This document shows positions 15,001 through 24,858 of a DNA stretch of 33,125 nucleotides, one piece after another. Made by a program: the position numbers and the translations under genes. Each line of letters begins with the position of its first letter. The stretch's first letter is position 1. Below the pieces are notes generated by a model that was given only the letters and a program-made list of their open reading frames with translations, did not search any database and had not been told where the DNA came from. Location: NCBI RefSeq assembly GCF_018977255.1, contig NW_024705585.1, positions 1-33,125 of the forward strand, read 5' to 3'. The DNA comes from Callorhinchus milii (taxonomy: Eukaryota).

Positions 15001-16600
15001 TGCTAAGCGTAGCAAATATTGCCTAGCACCCTATTGTGAGGGTGAGCCCCTACGGCAGCTGAGCCACCTTTAATTCGCTATCCGCTTATTCTGGCATACA
15101 GCCGGGTGGGATCGCTTACCCAAAATGCCCAGGTTTCCTAAGTACCCCCAGTTGGAGAAACAGGATAGGATATCAGGGAGCAATTGCCGATTGGTACTGA
15201 ATCGCACCGGTCGACATTGGGGGACATCGGTCTTATGTGTGTCTGTAAGCAGGGCAAAAATGGCAGGCCTAGCTATGCGATAGGTCGTACACAGTATGTG
15301 CGTATTAGTGGTTTCGCAATTGAAACTCTTACCCCGGGCAATCCCAGCTATTTTACGCGCTGGGGGATACGTTCAGTTTGGCTCCTCCGAACTTATTGTA
15401 TTTCGATCATTCCGAAAAGAAATAAGCAGTCCCCGTCTTGTACCGAAGGTAGCTCCCGCAATCTTGTAACTTTAACTTTAGTTACCGGGCTTTCTAGAAC
15501 AAGAAATAGGCGCGGTGCTCAGATGAGACAGTTCGGTCCTCAGGCGATTTGAGGGGGAGGTTACAACTATACATCACTATGCTCGCCTGCTGAGCCGAGA
15601 ACTTCAGGCACGACAAGGATCCCGCATCAGCCCCAGGCATATGCTATTCCGTTCGAGAGCTTAATTCAAAAGCACCCATCCCCCATAAGGGCGTCGCCGG
15701 GTTGGTCGGATGTGACCTTTTAAAAACAACAGGTGAAGTTTGCTTATAGCCGTAGCGCTCACTAGTCACACTGGCGTACTTTAGAGCGACTAAGTGAGAG
15801 GTGGACATCAAGGTATTTGAACCCTCAAAGTGCACGCGAGTGTGATGTAAGGGTTCGCGAGATAAGCCTTAACTTAGACACACGTGCGGTTGGGGCGTAG
15901 TTCGTAATCGGGATTTTCAGACGAGAGCTGCCGTACAGTCTTTAGGACTGCAGAATTATAGACAACCGAACGAAACTCCTTCACCCCCCTATTGACCAGT
16001 GGGGGAGCCAGAACACGCGTATCGCATCGACCCGTATCTATAAATTTCCTATAGTGAAATATATGGTATCCGGAGGGTATCGTCGGCCATTATTGCTTTC
16101 AGTGGGATAAGTAATGCGTGTCAACTGAGCATCCTGCGAGCCTAGGACCCCGGTTCTTCCGACCGAGAGTTTTCGATAAATTAGCCTGATAATGACTCTG
16201 TATGTGGCCTATGTCAACTAACAACGCCTCAGTACCATCTCTAATGTACCGATTTTGCTCATAACAGATCTGGCTCAACTAGGTCGTAGCAGTGTTTACA
16301 AGCTCAAACTGACTGTAACCGCCGGCGTATCGGTTGACGGTAAGGTCAGATGCCCGGTATCACTAATTCGCTTATCCGTCTTGTGCTATGGTGCTATCCA
16401 ATTCGAACACGGCCCACTTACAGTAGCTGGTCGGGGGCTCACTGATAACATATATCCACTTGGATCCGAACAGTATAAAACAAACATTGGTTAACGAGCC
16501 TTATTGCCGGCCGCATACGTGCAATTAGTTTGGTGGTTGTCCTGTTGACCTGTAATTTCGTTCGACTTATAAGGATATGACCGTCGGTGCGTGTTTCGCT
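1..16600. other. Featureless, random-like sequence (possible synthetic or shuffled filler); right boundary approximate (~16,560-16,680)
   Basis: Roughly equal base usage by eye, abundant CpG, no long homopolymers, microsatellites or recognisable repeats. All ORFs are <=159 aa with no recognisable motif. Contrasts sharply with the sequence after ~16,680. Confidence 0.75.
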
Positions 16601-16677
16601 ACTATGGTTCCAGCTGCTGCGGCAGGCCTCGACTGATCAGACGGCAGTCTTAGTAGCATCCGCAAAAGCTAAGGAAT

Positions 16678-17321
16678 TGTCGAAATCCTATACCGCTGGG
16701 CCAAACAGCCTATACAACTTATAGAGACTGGAGACGTCTTTAGAGACAACACGGTTTATTTGTAACTACGAACATAACTCCCCTTAGCTCCCACTATCTA
16801 TGGAGGTACAGCCTCTGGGGTAGCGTGCCCTCGCATTTGTCAAACCTGGCTCTCAAGCCCTCCGGCTATCTGTGCCCTAGGGGAGGCTAACTGACCCGAC
16901 CCAGCCAAGGTATGGGTCCTGACCACTGGTCCGAGCTCGGCCCGGCCCTGACAAGGACGTCGGGCTCGAGGTCCCAGGGTCCTAGCTAGGGAGGCTACTC
17001 TGACCCGACCCAGCCAAGGTACGGGTCCTGACCACTGGTCCGTGCTCGGCCCCGGCCCTTATAAGGACGTCGGTCCGAGCTAGGCTGGTCTTCTGTTTTT
17101 CGTCTTCGGAGCACTGCCCTGAGTTGTCCCAGAGGTGCCCCTTTTATACACCTCTCGGGCGCTCTTTACCCCAGGTACCGCCCCCTCTCTGGAACCTTCC
17201 AGGGGGCTCTGGAAGAACCCCCCAACCCCTTACCTGGGGTCTGGGGGGGAGAACCCGGCCGCTCAATAGTCCGGCTTTCTCTGTCCTTCCCCAGCTCAGG
17301 GTGGCACCCCCTGTGCCCACA
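16678..17321 (-). mobile_element. Candidate solo LTR (~644 bp) of an LTR retrotransposon
   Basis: Begins TGT (16678) and ends ACA (17321). The minus strand has a TATA-like GGTGTATAAAAGG (~17140-17152) followed downstream by AATAAA (16755-16760), and there is an internal tandem duplication. No matching TSD, PBS or PPT found. Confidence 0.3.
16877..17080. repeat. Two tandem copies of a GC-rich unit, period ~109 bp
   Basis: CTGACCCGACCCAGCCAAGGTAYGGGTCCTGACCACTGGTCCGWGCTCGGCCC starts at 16891 and at 17000, each followed by AAGGACGTCGG. Confidence 0.9.
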
Positions 17322-18559
17322 ACTACAGGTAAGTATATATACCGACGGTATACGATGTGCATTGACGACGCTACATCTATGCCAGAGAGGTTGGTTTTGA
17401 AAAACGTGGGAAGCAAGCATTGCCATACGAATGAGTTGAGCTCGCGTTCGATGCGGGCAGTCGTGAGGACGACCGTCGACAGGCACGCGTGGAGCCACGC
17501 CATGGTCACAGCACAGCACCGACTCTCGTGTAGGTGATGATGGCCCAGTTGTATAAAGGAATGCCAGAGGTTCGAGCAGAGGTAGCCGAATGTAGGATAG
17601 AGCATCTTGAGGAGTGTTGCCCTCGACCCCCTCCGGGAGGCCGTATGGTTTACTTGGCATGCCCGTCCCTTAGAGTCCAGTCTGATGTAAGCCTCCTCTG
17701 GTTCCAGCAGCCTGGCTTCGTGGATCTTCATTGCACCGCTCTGCTCGTCTAGCATAGTCTGAAGGGTCATATGTGGCTGCCTCCTGATTTTCCACTCTCC
17801 TGCAAACCTTACTCGACACAGATACAGGCAGAAAGTCCCCTTGGCCTAGCCATGAGGTCAGGCTCGAGTTGCTTACTGAGGACCCTACAACTAAGCAGGC
17901 TGCGGATCGCCCTAAGAAGCTCCAAAGTAGAAAACCAGCCTTCCACAGCCCCCTATAAAGTTCCCGAGGCCAGGTAGAAAAATAAGAAAACTATCAAACA
18001 GGTAAGCGAGTGGTTATGTTGGGTCGAAAAAGGTAATTTTCTAATGTAGGGGTTGGAGCAGTCATTGCTGCTGACTCGGCCATGAGGTCACTGGAACTCG
18101 TTTGATTAACACTTTTAAAATAAAAAATCACGACGCGTACTGAACATATTTTTCCGAATGGGTTTTACCACCACCATGATGACACAGTGGCAAGGTTGGC
18201 AAATCGCAGTGCAGCTGCTGGCTGAATCATATGAATAAATATAATCAAATCTTGAAATATCCTGTATGTACCCAGGAGAGCCATATTGAGTCTCGAGACT
18301 CTTATTAGCTCCGTGCTGCATTAAGATGTTTGGACAATTTCAAGCATCAGGGTTCGGCACGTAGGAGGAAACCGGAGAAACGCACAAATATTGGGAAGCA
18401 GGCTTGGCGGTAGAAGTCAGTGCAGAAAATTTGGCCCCACACCTATCACTGTAACGAATCAATGTTCTACGGGGGTATTCTAAGCGAGGACTGATTGTAT
18501 TAAAATATACTTTGATCTACGAATCGTAATGTATCAATAACGTTAACGTGGAGCATAAC

Positions 18560-18960
18560 CCATGGAGAGAACTGATTATCTGTGTGCTGATGATGGTAGT
18601 GATGATCTCGTAATGGCTGTTCACTTCGAGGAGTGGGAGAGTCTGATGGTGAACTTGGATCGTGCCAATGAGAGGTAGGGCCTTACCATTCGCCCTACCA
18701 AATCAAAGCAGTACCTGCCTTGATATTTTGTATATCTTCAAGTACTCCACCCCCCTCAACTCCGCGTGCTAGGTAGTTGTGGAAAGAGTGGAGGTGTTCC
18801 CATACCTGGGCAGTTTGACCAGCTCCGATTTCAGAGCAGAGGTCTTACTCTGAATTAGTTCAGTTGGATAACCTTTTTTTCAGCTGCATAGCGCTGTATA
18901 AAAGTTACATGGCCTATCACTTCATACGAAGCTCTGGTTCTTTTCTTCCAAACTTGTCCT
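18560..18960 (+). pseudogene. Degenerate non-LTR (RTE-like) reverse transcriptase fragment
   Basis: Clear nucleotide similarity to the minus-strand LINE at ~26950-27230 (GGGCCTTACCAT..GCCCTACCAAA, TATTTTGTATA, GGTAGTTGT.GA.AGA, TACCTGGG.AGT = F.YLGS motif). A YADD-like TGTGCTGATGAT lies near 18584. Many stops and frameshifts. Confidence 0.65.
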
Positions 18961-19114
18961 CTCCCTCCCAGCTATGCCCTCTCGAAAGCAACATGTGACC
19001 TTTGTTTTGGCGTGACAAACACCATTGAAAGCAAAACACCGAAAGTGTAATGACTACACGTAATGCAATAATCTCAATAAATTTCTCAACGGGTATTGAC
19101 TATGAAGTCCCAGG

Positions 19115-19203
19115 AATGGTGGAGGTGGATCAGCCTGCAGACCCACAGGTGGCAGCGGTGGATTGGCCTGCAGACGAAGGGGTGTCGGCGGTGGGCCGGC
19201 CTA
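19115..19203 (+). repeat. Three diverged 33-bp tandem units
   Basis: GGTGG(A/G) anchors at 19124, 19157 and 19190, with GCCTGCAGAC in the first two units. Reads as an 11-aa repeat (VEVDQPADPQ/VAAVDWPADEG/VSAVGRP) in ORF 19050-19448. Confidence 0.7.
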
Positions 19204-19234
19204 CTATAATGAGCCAAGCATGTCTATGTGTCCC

Positions 19235-19630
19235 GCGTGTGACGTCACTCCACGTCGAGCTGCCCCCCTTATTAATAATCATGAACAGGCTAATCTCTCA
19301 CAATACAAAGGCCACTACCCCAGCCTCTGTGGTTGGACCATCTCTAGCTCCACCCACCTACCTTGAGGCACTCATCTCAGGCCTATATAAGACCTTGTCT
19401 CAGCAGCTTTTTCTCTCACCTGAAGACGATTGCTTGTGTTGCGATTGAAACGCCGTGATTTTTTTCTATCTACGTGGCTTTACCGAAAGACCCATATTAT
19501 ATAATCATGAACAGGTTACGTCCTCTACATGAACCCCCCCCCCTCATTAATAATCATGAGCAGGTGACGTCCTCCAAATGGACACCCCCTCCATTGATAA
19601 TTAGCGGGTGACGTCACTTCACATGGGGGA
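19235..19630 (+). mobile_element. Penelope-like element pseudo-LTR (pLTR) remnant with ~48-bp tandem subrepeats
   Basis: Contains TATATAA (19384), a hammerhead motif, and CTATCTACGTGGCTTTACCGAAAGACCCA (19466-19494), which matches the 3' end of the Penelope copy at 21212-21246 (minus strand). The unit ATAATCATGARCAGG.KACGTC...CCCCC recurs at ~19275, 19501, 19550 and ~19597. Confidence 0.6.
19416..19458 (+). ncRNA. Minimal type I hammerhead-ribozyme motif (Penelope-type), cleavage triplet mutated
   Basis: UCAC-CUGAAGA-C-GAUUGC[UUGUGUU]GCGAUU-GAAA-CG-CC-GUGA. Helix I is UCAC/GUGA and helix II is 6 bp; GCC stands in place of GUC. Confidence 0.65.
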
Positions 19631-19939
19631 CGAAGTGCCTCCTCCCCCCTCCTCAGCGTCAACTTATCACTACAAAGGCAGAACCCTCACGTCACGCGAT
19701 CTCCGTAACGCTTTTGAGACATCGAAGTAAAATGGATGTCATGATGAACAATGGATTATAAACTTTAAATTAAATAAGTCTGTGTCACCGCGGCCTTACA
19801 AATTTCACACGAATGGATGCAATGAATATCACTTCGCAGTCTGCTTTTCGCTTTCCAGTTTCAGATTTACAGCAATACACCTGTCCTTGGATGAGCAAAA
19901 GCTAGTAAGCAAATACTCGTCAAAAGCGGGTGTGTGTTT

Positions 19940-20170
19940 TGTACGCAGGTTAGTGCGGTGTGCTACGAACCTGGCGAACCGAGTTCAATTCCCGTTCAGT
20001 GCCTACACAAGTGACGATTATGCAAACTGGTCATGGGCCTTCCCTATGTCGATTCAGCCTAAAATGAGTACCTGATGCAATGTGTAGACATCGCCACTCG
20101 GGAGATAAAGGCACCCGGGCTTGGTGCTGGCCATCCACTCGTGCCGTGCCGGAATTCATAGGTGCTTGCA
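19940..20170 (+). mobile_element. Decayed tRNA-derived SINE
   Basis: A-box-like GGTTAGTGCGG (~19948) and B-box-like GAGTTCAATTCCC (19981). These are followed by CAGCCT-AAAATGAGTACC and GATAAAGGCA.CCGGGC..GGTGCTG.CCA, which resemble a conserved invertebrate SINE central domain as I recall it. Confidence 0.55.
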
Positions 20171-20434
20171 AACAGCAGTTCCCCCAAAAGTCTGTTGATA
20201 GGCTATACGGGAAGTCTATATCCGCGAGATTCTTGCCTTAGAAAAGTGCGAGGTGCGACTATCTCGCATCCCTCGCCCGCTACCCACCACGATATCACAA
20301 TGATACGGTACTTGTACAGTCTACCCGCTAAAGGCCAAAACTAATACCCATGATAAGTAAATTGATATATAGAGCTTGCCGGCGATAGGTCTAAACCACG
20401 AACTATGAACTCGCGATATTCAAGGGTCTCCCAT

Positions 20435-20530
20435 ATTTGGAGTTTGCATGTTCTCCCCGTGGTCACGTATCCTTTTCTCCTTCTCCAGGTGCTCCGGTTT
20501 TTTTCTCCACATTTAAAAACATGCGTTGAG
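20435..20530 (+). mobile_element. V-domain-type SINE fragment
   Basis: GGAGTTTGCATGTTCTCCCCGTG...CAGGTGCTCCGGTTT..CTCCACAT..AAAAACATGC closely follows the V-SINE core consensus as I recall it. Confidence 0.65.
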
Positions 20531-21211
20531 ATATTGACTGCTATAAGTTTTCACATAAGCCACCTCGTTGAGCAATCATATGTGGCCAGGCTGCTTCTGG
20601 AAAAGAGCTATATAGCTCAGTGGGCCTTATCTGTTCAAATCAAAATAGGTCGCTTACAGGAGCTGAATGGATTTTAACATCACAGGGACGCGAGGAATCG
20701 CAGCATGGATAGGCTTTATCCAGCAGTGGATTGATCCTGATTTATGTTTTGCAAATAGTGCAATTTAGCGTGCACTTCCAAATGGTGTTTAGAGTGTCTG
20801 TTTAATCAAGTACACTTGTTTTCATACGAGAGAAAAAAATGTGTGTACTAGTGTGTCACGAAGCACCTCTCTTACTCCCCAAATGCATTAAAATTTTATG
20901 AAAAGCATATTTGAGCAATTTTCAATCCACAGCTGGACGAAGGCCTTTCCACATCATGTCCGTCGGTGTTTTATAACCATGTATCACCACGCTGCTCAGT
21001 GCAGGTTAGTGGAGGAAGGGAGGACACGATATCACTCACAACTGATGTTAGCCATGGCTTGGAACAGCCATCCCTGGTAATGGAGAATCGGGCCAACTTC
21101 GCCGGGCCCTATGCTGTGGGTGGACCCTGTGCTTTGACGTTGCGGTGTCAAATATAATACTTCCGGTTTAAATCTTGACTTAAAGCTTTTGTGACTAGTA
21201 ATTCATATTAT

Positions 21212-22032
21212 TTGGGTCTTTTGGTAAAGTCACGTAGATAGGTTCAAAGAAAATAACAAAAAACTACGACGTTTCGATCACAACAAACGCGATCGTTATC
21301 AGAAGGAAAGAGGAAAGCTGCTGAATGCAGACTGTTTTATAAGGTGTTGTCCTAATGTCATAAACGAAGTGGGCGGGGCTAGGGATGTTAATGTGAGAAA
21401 TTAGCATGTTAATGTAAGATCGCAGAGCCACCGCGATGTAAAGGGCGGCATCCGTATTTAGTCACGTTGGTGCGAGAAATTCAACCTGTTAATGTGAAAT
21501 CGGAGAGCCGAAGCCACGGGAAAAAATAAAATTTACATCGAAAGGTGGCAGGAAGCATCACAGCCAGTTATGACTTAAGCTGGTTGATTCCAATAATTGC
21601 TAAGTTTGTACCCATATTCTCGGTTGAAATTGTGTGCGTCTGTATATATGGATGGCTTCATGAACGAATCTTTGTTGATAACCAGTGGGTTTGCAAGTAC
21701 TTTCGTCTTAGAGAAATCTATTTCGTGAGCCCACCGCATTAAAAGAATGATCAGCCATGACCGAGGTATTGGTCCTTCCGTGTTTCAGATCTGCCTCATG
21801 TTCACGAACACGGTTTGAGACATATAGCTTAGTTTCCCCAATGTAACTACTGCCACAGACACAGATTAGTTTGTAGGCGCCGGGGTATTGCATATCAGGG
21901 ATCACATCCTTCACAGATTTGATCAGATCACGAATTTTACGTACTGTGTTCAATCGACCTGGATCTTGCGTTTGATCATGATTTTGGAAATCTTTTTGGT
22001 GACCCCTGCTATGTATGAACCTATCTACGTGA
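21212..22032 (-). mobile_element. 5'-truncated Penelope-like retroelement (GIY-YIG endonuclease end plus 3' pLTR)
   Basis: Across frameshifts the minus strand reads YIAGVTKKISKI..., KIRDLIKSVKD...PGAYKLICVCGSSYIGETK...RVREH...SVMADH, and HEIDFSKTKVLA...HEAIHI...NFNREYGYKLSNYW. A pLTR with hammerhead motif lies at 21212-21310. Confidence 0.85.
21264..21306 (-). ncRNA. Degenerate hammerhead-ribozyme motif in Penelope pLTR
   Basis: Minus strand reads CUGAUAA-C-GAUCGC[GUUUGUU]GUGAUC-GAAA-CG-UC-GUAG. The core has CUGAUAA instead of CUGAUGA and helix I is decayed. Confidence 0.55.
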
Positions 22033-22527
22033 TTCCCGGTTTAGTTTGAAGGCTTCAGGAAGCTCACACGGTGAGATTTGCCCCAGGCCCCACACTCCCT
22101 ATGGATGGCTGACTGGTTTATAGTACAGTGCACCAAATCAACGTTCCACCACCGTGGACATCGTTTTGTGTGTAGAGCTGCTGAACACGAATGGGAACTG
22201 AGCTGTGACTTCACGTACGACTTGATGCATGGAAGGAGACGGAGAGAAGCGATACTTATTTTCTGAATTAATTAATATGAGTAAATGGATTAAGTGCCTA
22301 ATTAATTGACAAATTAATAATTTAATTAATTTATAAATTGATGAACAGATGAAAGACGAAATGAACGAACCAGTGAGTTACTGAATGCTAGTGACGCGCT
22401 CCCATTTGCGCTGTCGCTATCTGCTGGGAGTGCACAGACTGTGAGTTTTGGGTTCAATATGAGACTGGGGACCATGGTGCATTGTCATCATCAATACATC
22501 GATTACTGAATAGCTCCATAAGAGGGT

Positions 22528-22537
22528 ATTTTTAATG
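22528..22537 (+). repeat. Left target-site duplication ATTTTTAATG
   Basis: Identical to 25680-25689 and directly abuts the left TIR. Confidence 0.93.
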
Positions 22538-22609
22538 GGGAAAATGTCAAAACTGGGTGGTTTTTAACTTTTGCCGACAAAACTGGATCCCAAATGTCAA
22601 AACTGGGTG
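22538..22609 (+). repeat. Left terminal inverted repeat (72 bp)
   Basis: Exact reverse complement of 25608-25679. Confidence 0.95.
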
Positions 22610-22833
22610 GTCTTGGAAAACGACAGGCAAAACAGGGTGGTGCTTTTTGATATGACAAAACTGGGTGATGTTCAATGTGGACAAATGTCAAAACTGGGTG
22701 AAGAAGGTGTACGATTTAATGTATCATTTTGTACACGTTTAGGTCCTTGCGTTATTCATCCATATGTCGCCACAGATTTAGAGCGTTCCAAATGATGTTT
22801 CTCGTGGCTCATGTTCCATACCTTGCACCACAA

Positions 22834-23040
22834 ACTTCCCGTTTGCATACTGGCACAGTGTGCCAGCTCGCTTACTTGCCATTTGTATACTGGCACAGTG
22901 TGCCAGCTCGCTACTACAGTAACACTTACTTGCCATATGTATACTGGCACAGTGTGCCAGCTTGCAACTACAGTAACACTTTCAGCTCGCGAACATACAC
23001 GAACTTGCCATTTGTATACTGGTACAGTGTGCCAGCTTGC
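22834..23040 (+). repeat. Left subterminal array: four copies of ACTTGCCATTTGTATA-CTGGCACAGTGTGCCAG-CTYGC
   Basis: Palindromic cores at 22850, 22890, 22944 and 23019 (spacing 40, 54, 75 bp); the last core has one mismatch. Confidence 0.92.
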
Positions 23041-23139
23041 ATGCTACACCTACTACAGTAGAACAACTGTAGATAGTGTTTGCGTCGAGAAGTATGGTGC
23101 TGCACACTTAGAACAAAAATGTTTGTTACATATATATAA

Positions 23140-24858
23140 CTACTTCGACGGGCAAGAGCGCTTGTTGTGGCCCTTGGCGCGACAGAAGGAGCACCGCGTG
23201 AGGCCCAATGGGCCACCTTCGCCACGGTTGCGAATCCGACGCTTCTTCGGGCGGCCAGCCTTCTTCTGGTGAGGAGGTGGCATCATGGTGTTGTCGCGTT
23301 GCAGCTCCTCGGCAATGGGCAGCTCGATACCAGCAACCGAGGTCCATGTCGTGTTGATGGCAGAGACTTGGTAACACACCGCACATGCGTCGTAGAGCTC
23401 GGGCATCCGCCCAAACGCCATGAGGGCACGAATGTAGTGCCGACACGGCAAGCCCATCTGCTTCATGTACCCGCACGTGCACGACCGAGAGCTGAGATCG
23501 ACTCGGCGCTTGGCAGAGGCGTAGGCGTCTGGATCCTTGACGTATGCACGCGTCGAGGTACTCTCGTAGACCTTGTACCTCGGGGCCAACGCCTGCTGAG
23601 CGTCGATGAGTCCTTGAGCGTACGGCGTAATGACACGCCCTTGAGCGGCCCACTTCTCGGCGTCGCTGCGGTGGGCAAAGGCCGTCGTCATCATGTCTTC
23701 CATGTGGTGCATGAGGAAGTGGAAGGGGTCCATCTCGCGAGCCGGCAGGGCCTCGCTGTTCGTGGACTCCACAAAGTTCGTCGTGCGCCAGCCGTACAAT
23801 GGCGTCGTGTGCAGGTGCGGGTAGAGCGCCCACGTGTGGGGGTCGATCTTGTTGTAGTACGTGGCCGCCGCAGGCAGAGCTACGCCCAAGCAGCCCAAGG
23901 AGCTGCGGAACGCGGCCTCGGAGGCGCACCCTTGGGCATCGTAGATGATGCCTTGGAGGTCGGGCGTGAACGCGGAGCCGATGTTGTCCACACCGTTGCA
24001 GATCAAATGCCGCGTGCAGTGGATGAGCATGAGGTCCTTCCAGTCGGAGGCTAGGATGCCCGTGCCACGATCGCAGAAGACCGGCGTGCCGTCGAGCTCG
24101 ATGTCGTTGGTCGTGCAGCAGTTGAGAAACCAGTCGTAGGCCGCTGCCGTCTCGGACGGCACCAGCGCCACGGCGAGAAGGACGTTGCGGTTGTTGCCGT
24201 CGCGCCCAACGAGGACGAGCATGGTTCCGTTGTAGGCGCTCGCCTTCATGTGCGACCCGTCGATGCCGACGACGCGTTGAAGACTTGGCTGCAACGAGCG
24301 TGCGATCGGGTTGCAGATGAACGCACCCCAGAAGATGCCCGCGTCTTCTCGCACACTGCAGGTCGTCGCGTTGAGCTTGCCGAACGTCTCCACCAGCGAG
24401 TTGATGAACCTGAAGCCTGCATGGGCCGCACTCTCGTTCGCCGCGATGCACGTGTCCTTGGCGCGGTACATCATCCGGGTCGGGACAATGACACGAGCAA
24501 CGTCGGCGACCTGGGCAATGACAGTCGGTGCGGAGGTACGGGGGTTGGCGCGAAAGGCCGAACGGGCTGTCGTGTTCGCCTCCACTTGGCGCTGCGTGAT
24601 CTTGGTAGTGCCCGTGCAGCCGTGGTGATCCGTGCACAGCGCCGAGACGCGGAAGCCGCATCGTTCCCCCGTGAGCTTCGTCAGCTTCACCTTGAAGGAA
24701 CAAGGTGTTGAACTAGAGCAGACGATGGCAACGTGCCGTCCGCCGCTTCGCTTGAGGTCAAGGACCGCGCGCTTGCCTTGTTGCAAAGCAAAGTCTTGGA
24801 TGCCGTGGATGGCCTCGCGGCGCGTGGTAAAAGTCTTCTTGGGGTGGAGGGTTGCCAT
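23140..24858 (-). CDS. MULE/MuDR-family DDE transposase, 572 aa (possibly longer with an upstream exon)
   Basis: N-terminal Zn finger (C47, C53, H79, C81). Catalytic D200 (GIDGSH), D263 (FCDRG) and E364 (TNFVESTN), with CxxH at 281-284. SWIM finger CTC-x9-CRH (460-474), basic GRPKKRR motif, and C-terminal CCHC knuckle CSFCRAKGHNKRSC. No stops or frameshifts. Confidence 0.95.
   Translation of the reverse strand: MATLHPKKTFTTRREAIHGIQDFALQQGKRAVLDLKRSGGRHVAIVCSSSTPCSFKVKLTKLTGERCGFRVSALCTDHHGCTGTTKITQRQVEANTTARSAFRANPRTSAPTVIAQVADVARVIVPTRMMYRAKDTCIAANESAAHAGFRFINSLVETFGKLNATTCSVREDAGIFWGAFICNPIARSLQPSLQRVVGIDGSHMKASAYNGTMLVLVGRDGNNRNVLLAVALVPSETAAAYDWFLNCCTTNDIELDGTPVFCDRGTGILASDWKDLMLIHCTRHLICNGVDNIGSAFTPDLQGIIYDAQGCASEAAFRSSLGCLGVALPAAATYYNKIDPHTWALYPHLHTTPLYGWRTTNFVESTNSEALPAREMDPFHFLMHHMEDMMTTAFAHRSDAEKWAAQGRVITPYAQGLIDAQQALAPRYKVYESTSTRAYVKDPDAYASAKRRVDLSSRSCTCGYMKQMGLPCRHYIRALMAFGRMPELYDACAVCYQVSAINTTWTSVAGIELPIAEELQRDNTMMPPPHQKKAGRPKKRRIRNRGEGGPLGLTRCSFCRAKGHNKRSCPSK

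Noticed and set aside
192..16494. Dozens of 60-159 aa ORFs in the left half
   Set aside because: Lengths and composition fit chance ORFs, with no motifs, operon-like packing or splice pattern.
17144..17770. 208-aa minus-strand ORF
   Set aside because: It crosses the boundary of the candidate LTR and has no recognisable domain. Part could be a decayed coding fragment, but I cannot support a call.
18360..18390. GGAGGAAACCGGAG, reverse-strand V-SINE-like motif
   Set aside because: Too short to call an element on its own.
21163..22043. CCGGTTTA on both sides of the Penelope copy as a possible TSD
   Set aside because: The left copy lies about 40 bp outside the recognisable element end and the match is only 8 bp; not convincing.
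22528..22539. Longer 12-bp direct repeat ATTTTTAATGGG as the TSD
   Set aside because: The extra GG on the left belongs to the TIR (GGG pairs with terminal CCC at 25677-25679), so the TSD is 10 bp.
22850..22866. TGGC...GCCA palindrome as a nuclear factor I site or sigma-54 box
   Set aside because: Half-site spacing is 7 nt rather than the 5 nt of NFI, and the context is eukaryotic so sigma-54 is irrelevant.
22729..23272. ORFs with repeated peptides (YTGTVCQLA, YWHSVPA)
   Set aside because: They are translations of the subterminal DNA repeats in several frames, not a gene.
23126..24703. 525-aa overlapping ORF on the transposase strand
   Set aside because: It is offset so that stops need a T at third codon positions of the real gene, which is rare in this GC3-rich ORF. 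The product is Arg/His/Gly-rich with no motif, so it is a shadow frame.
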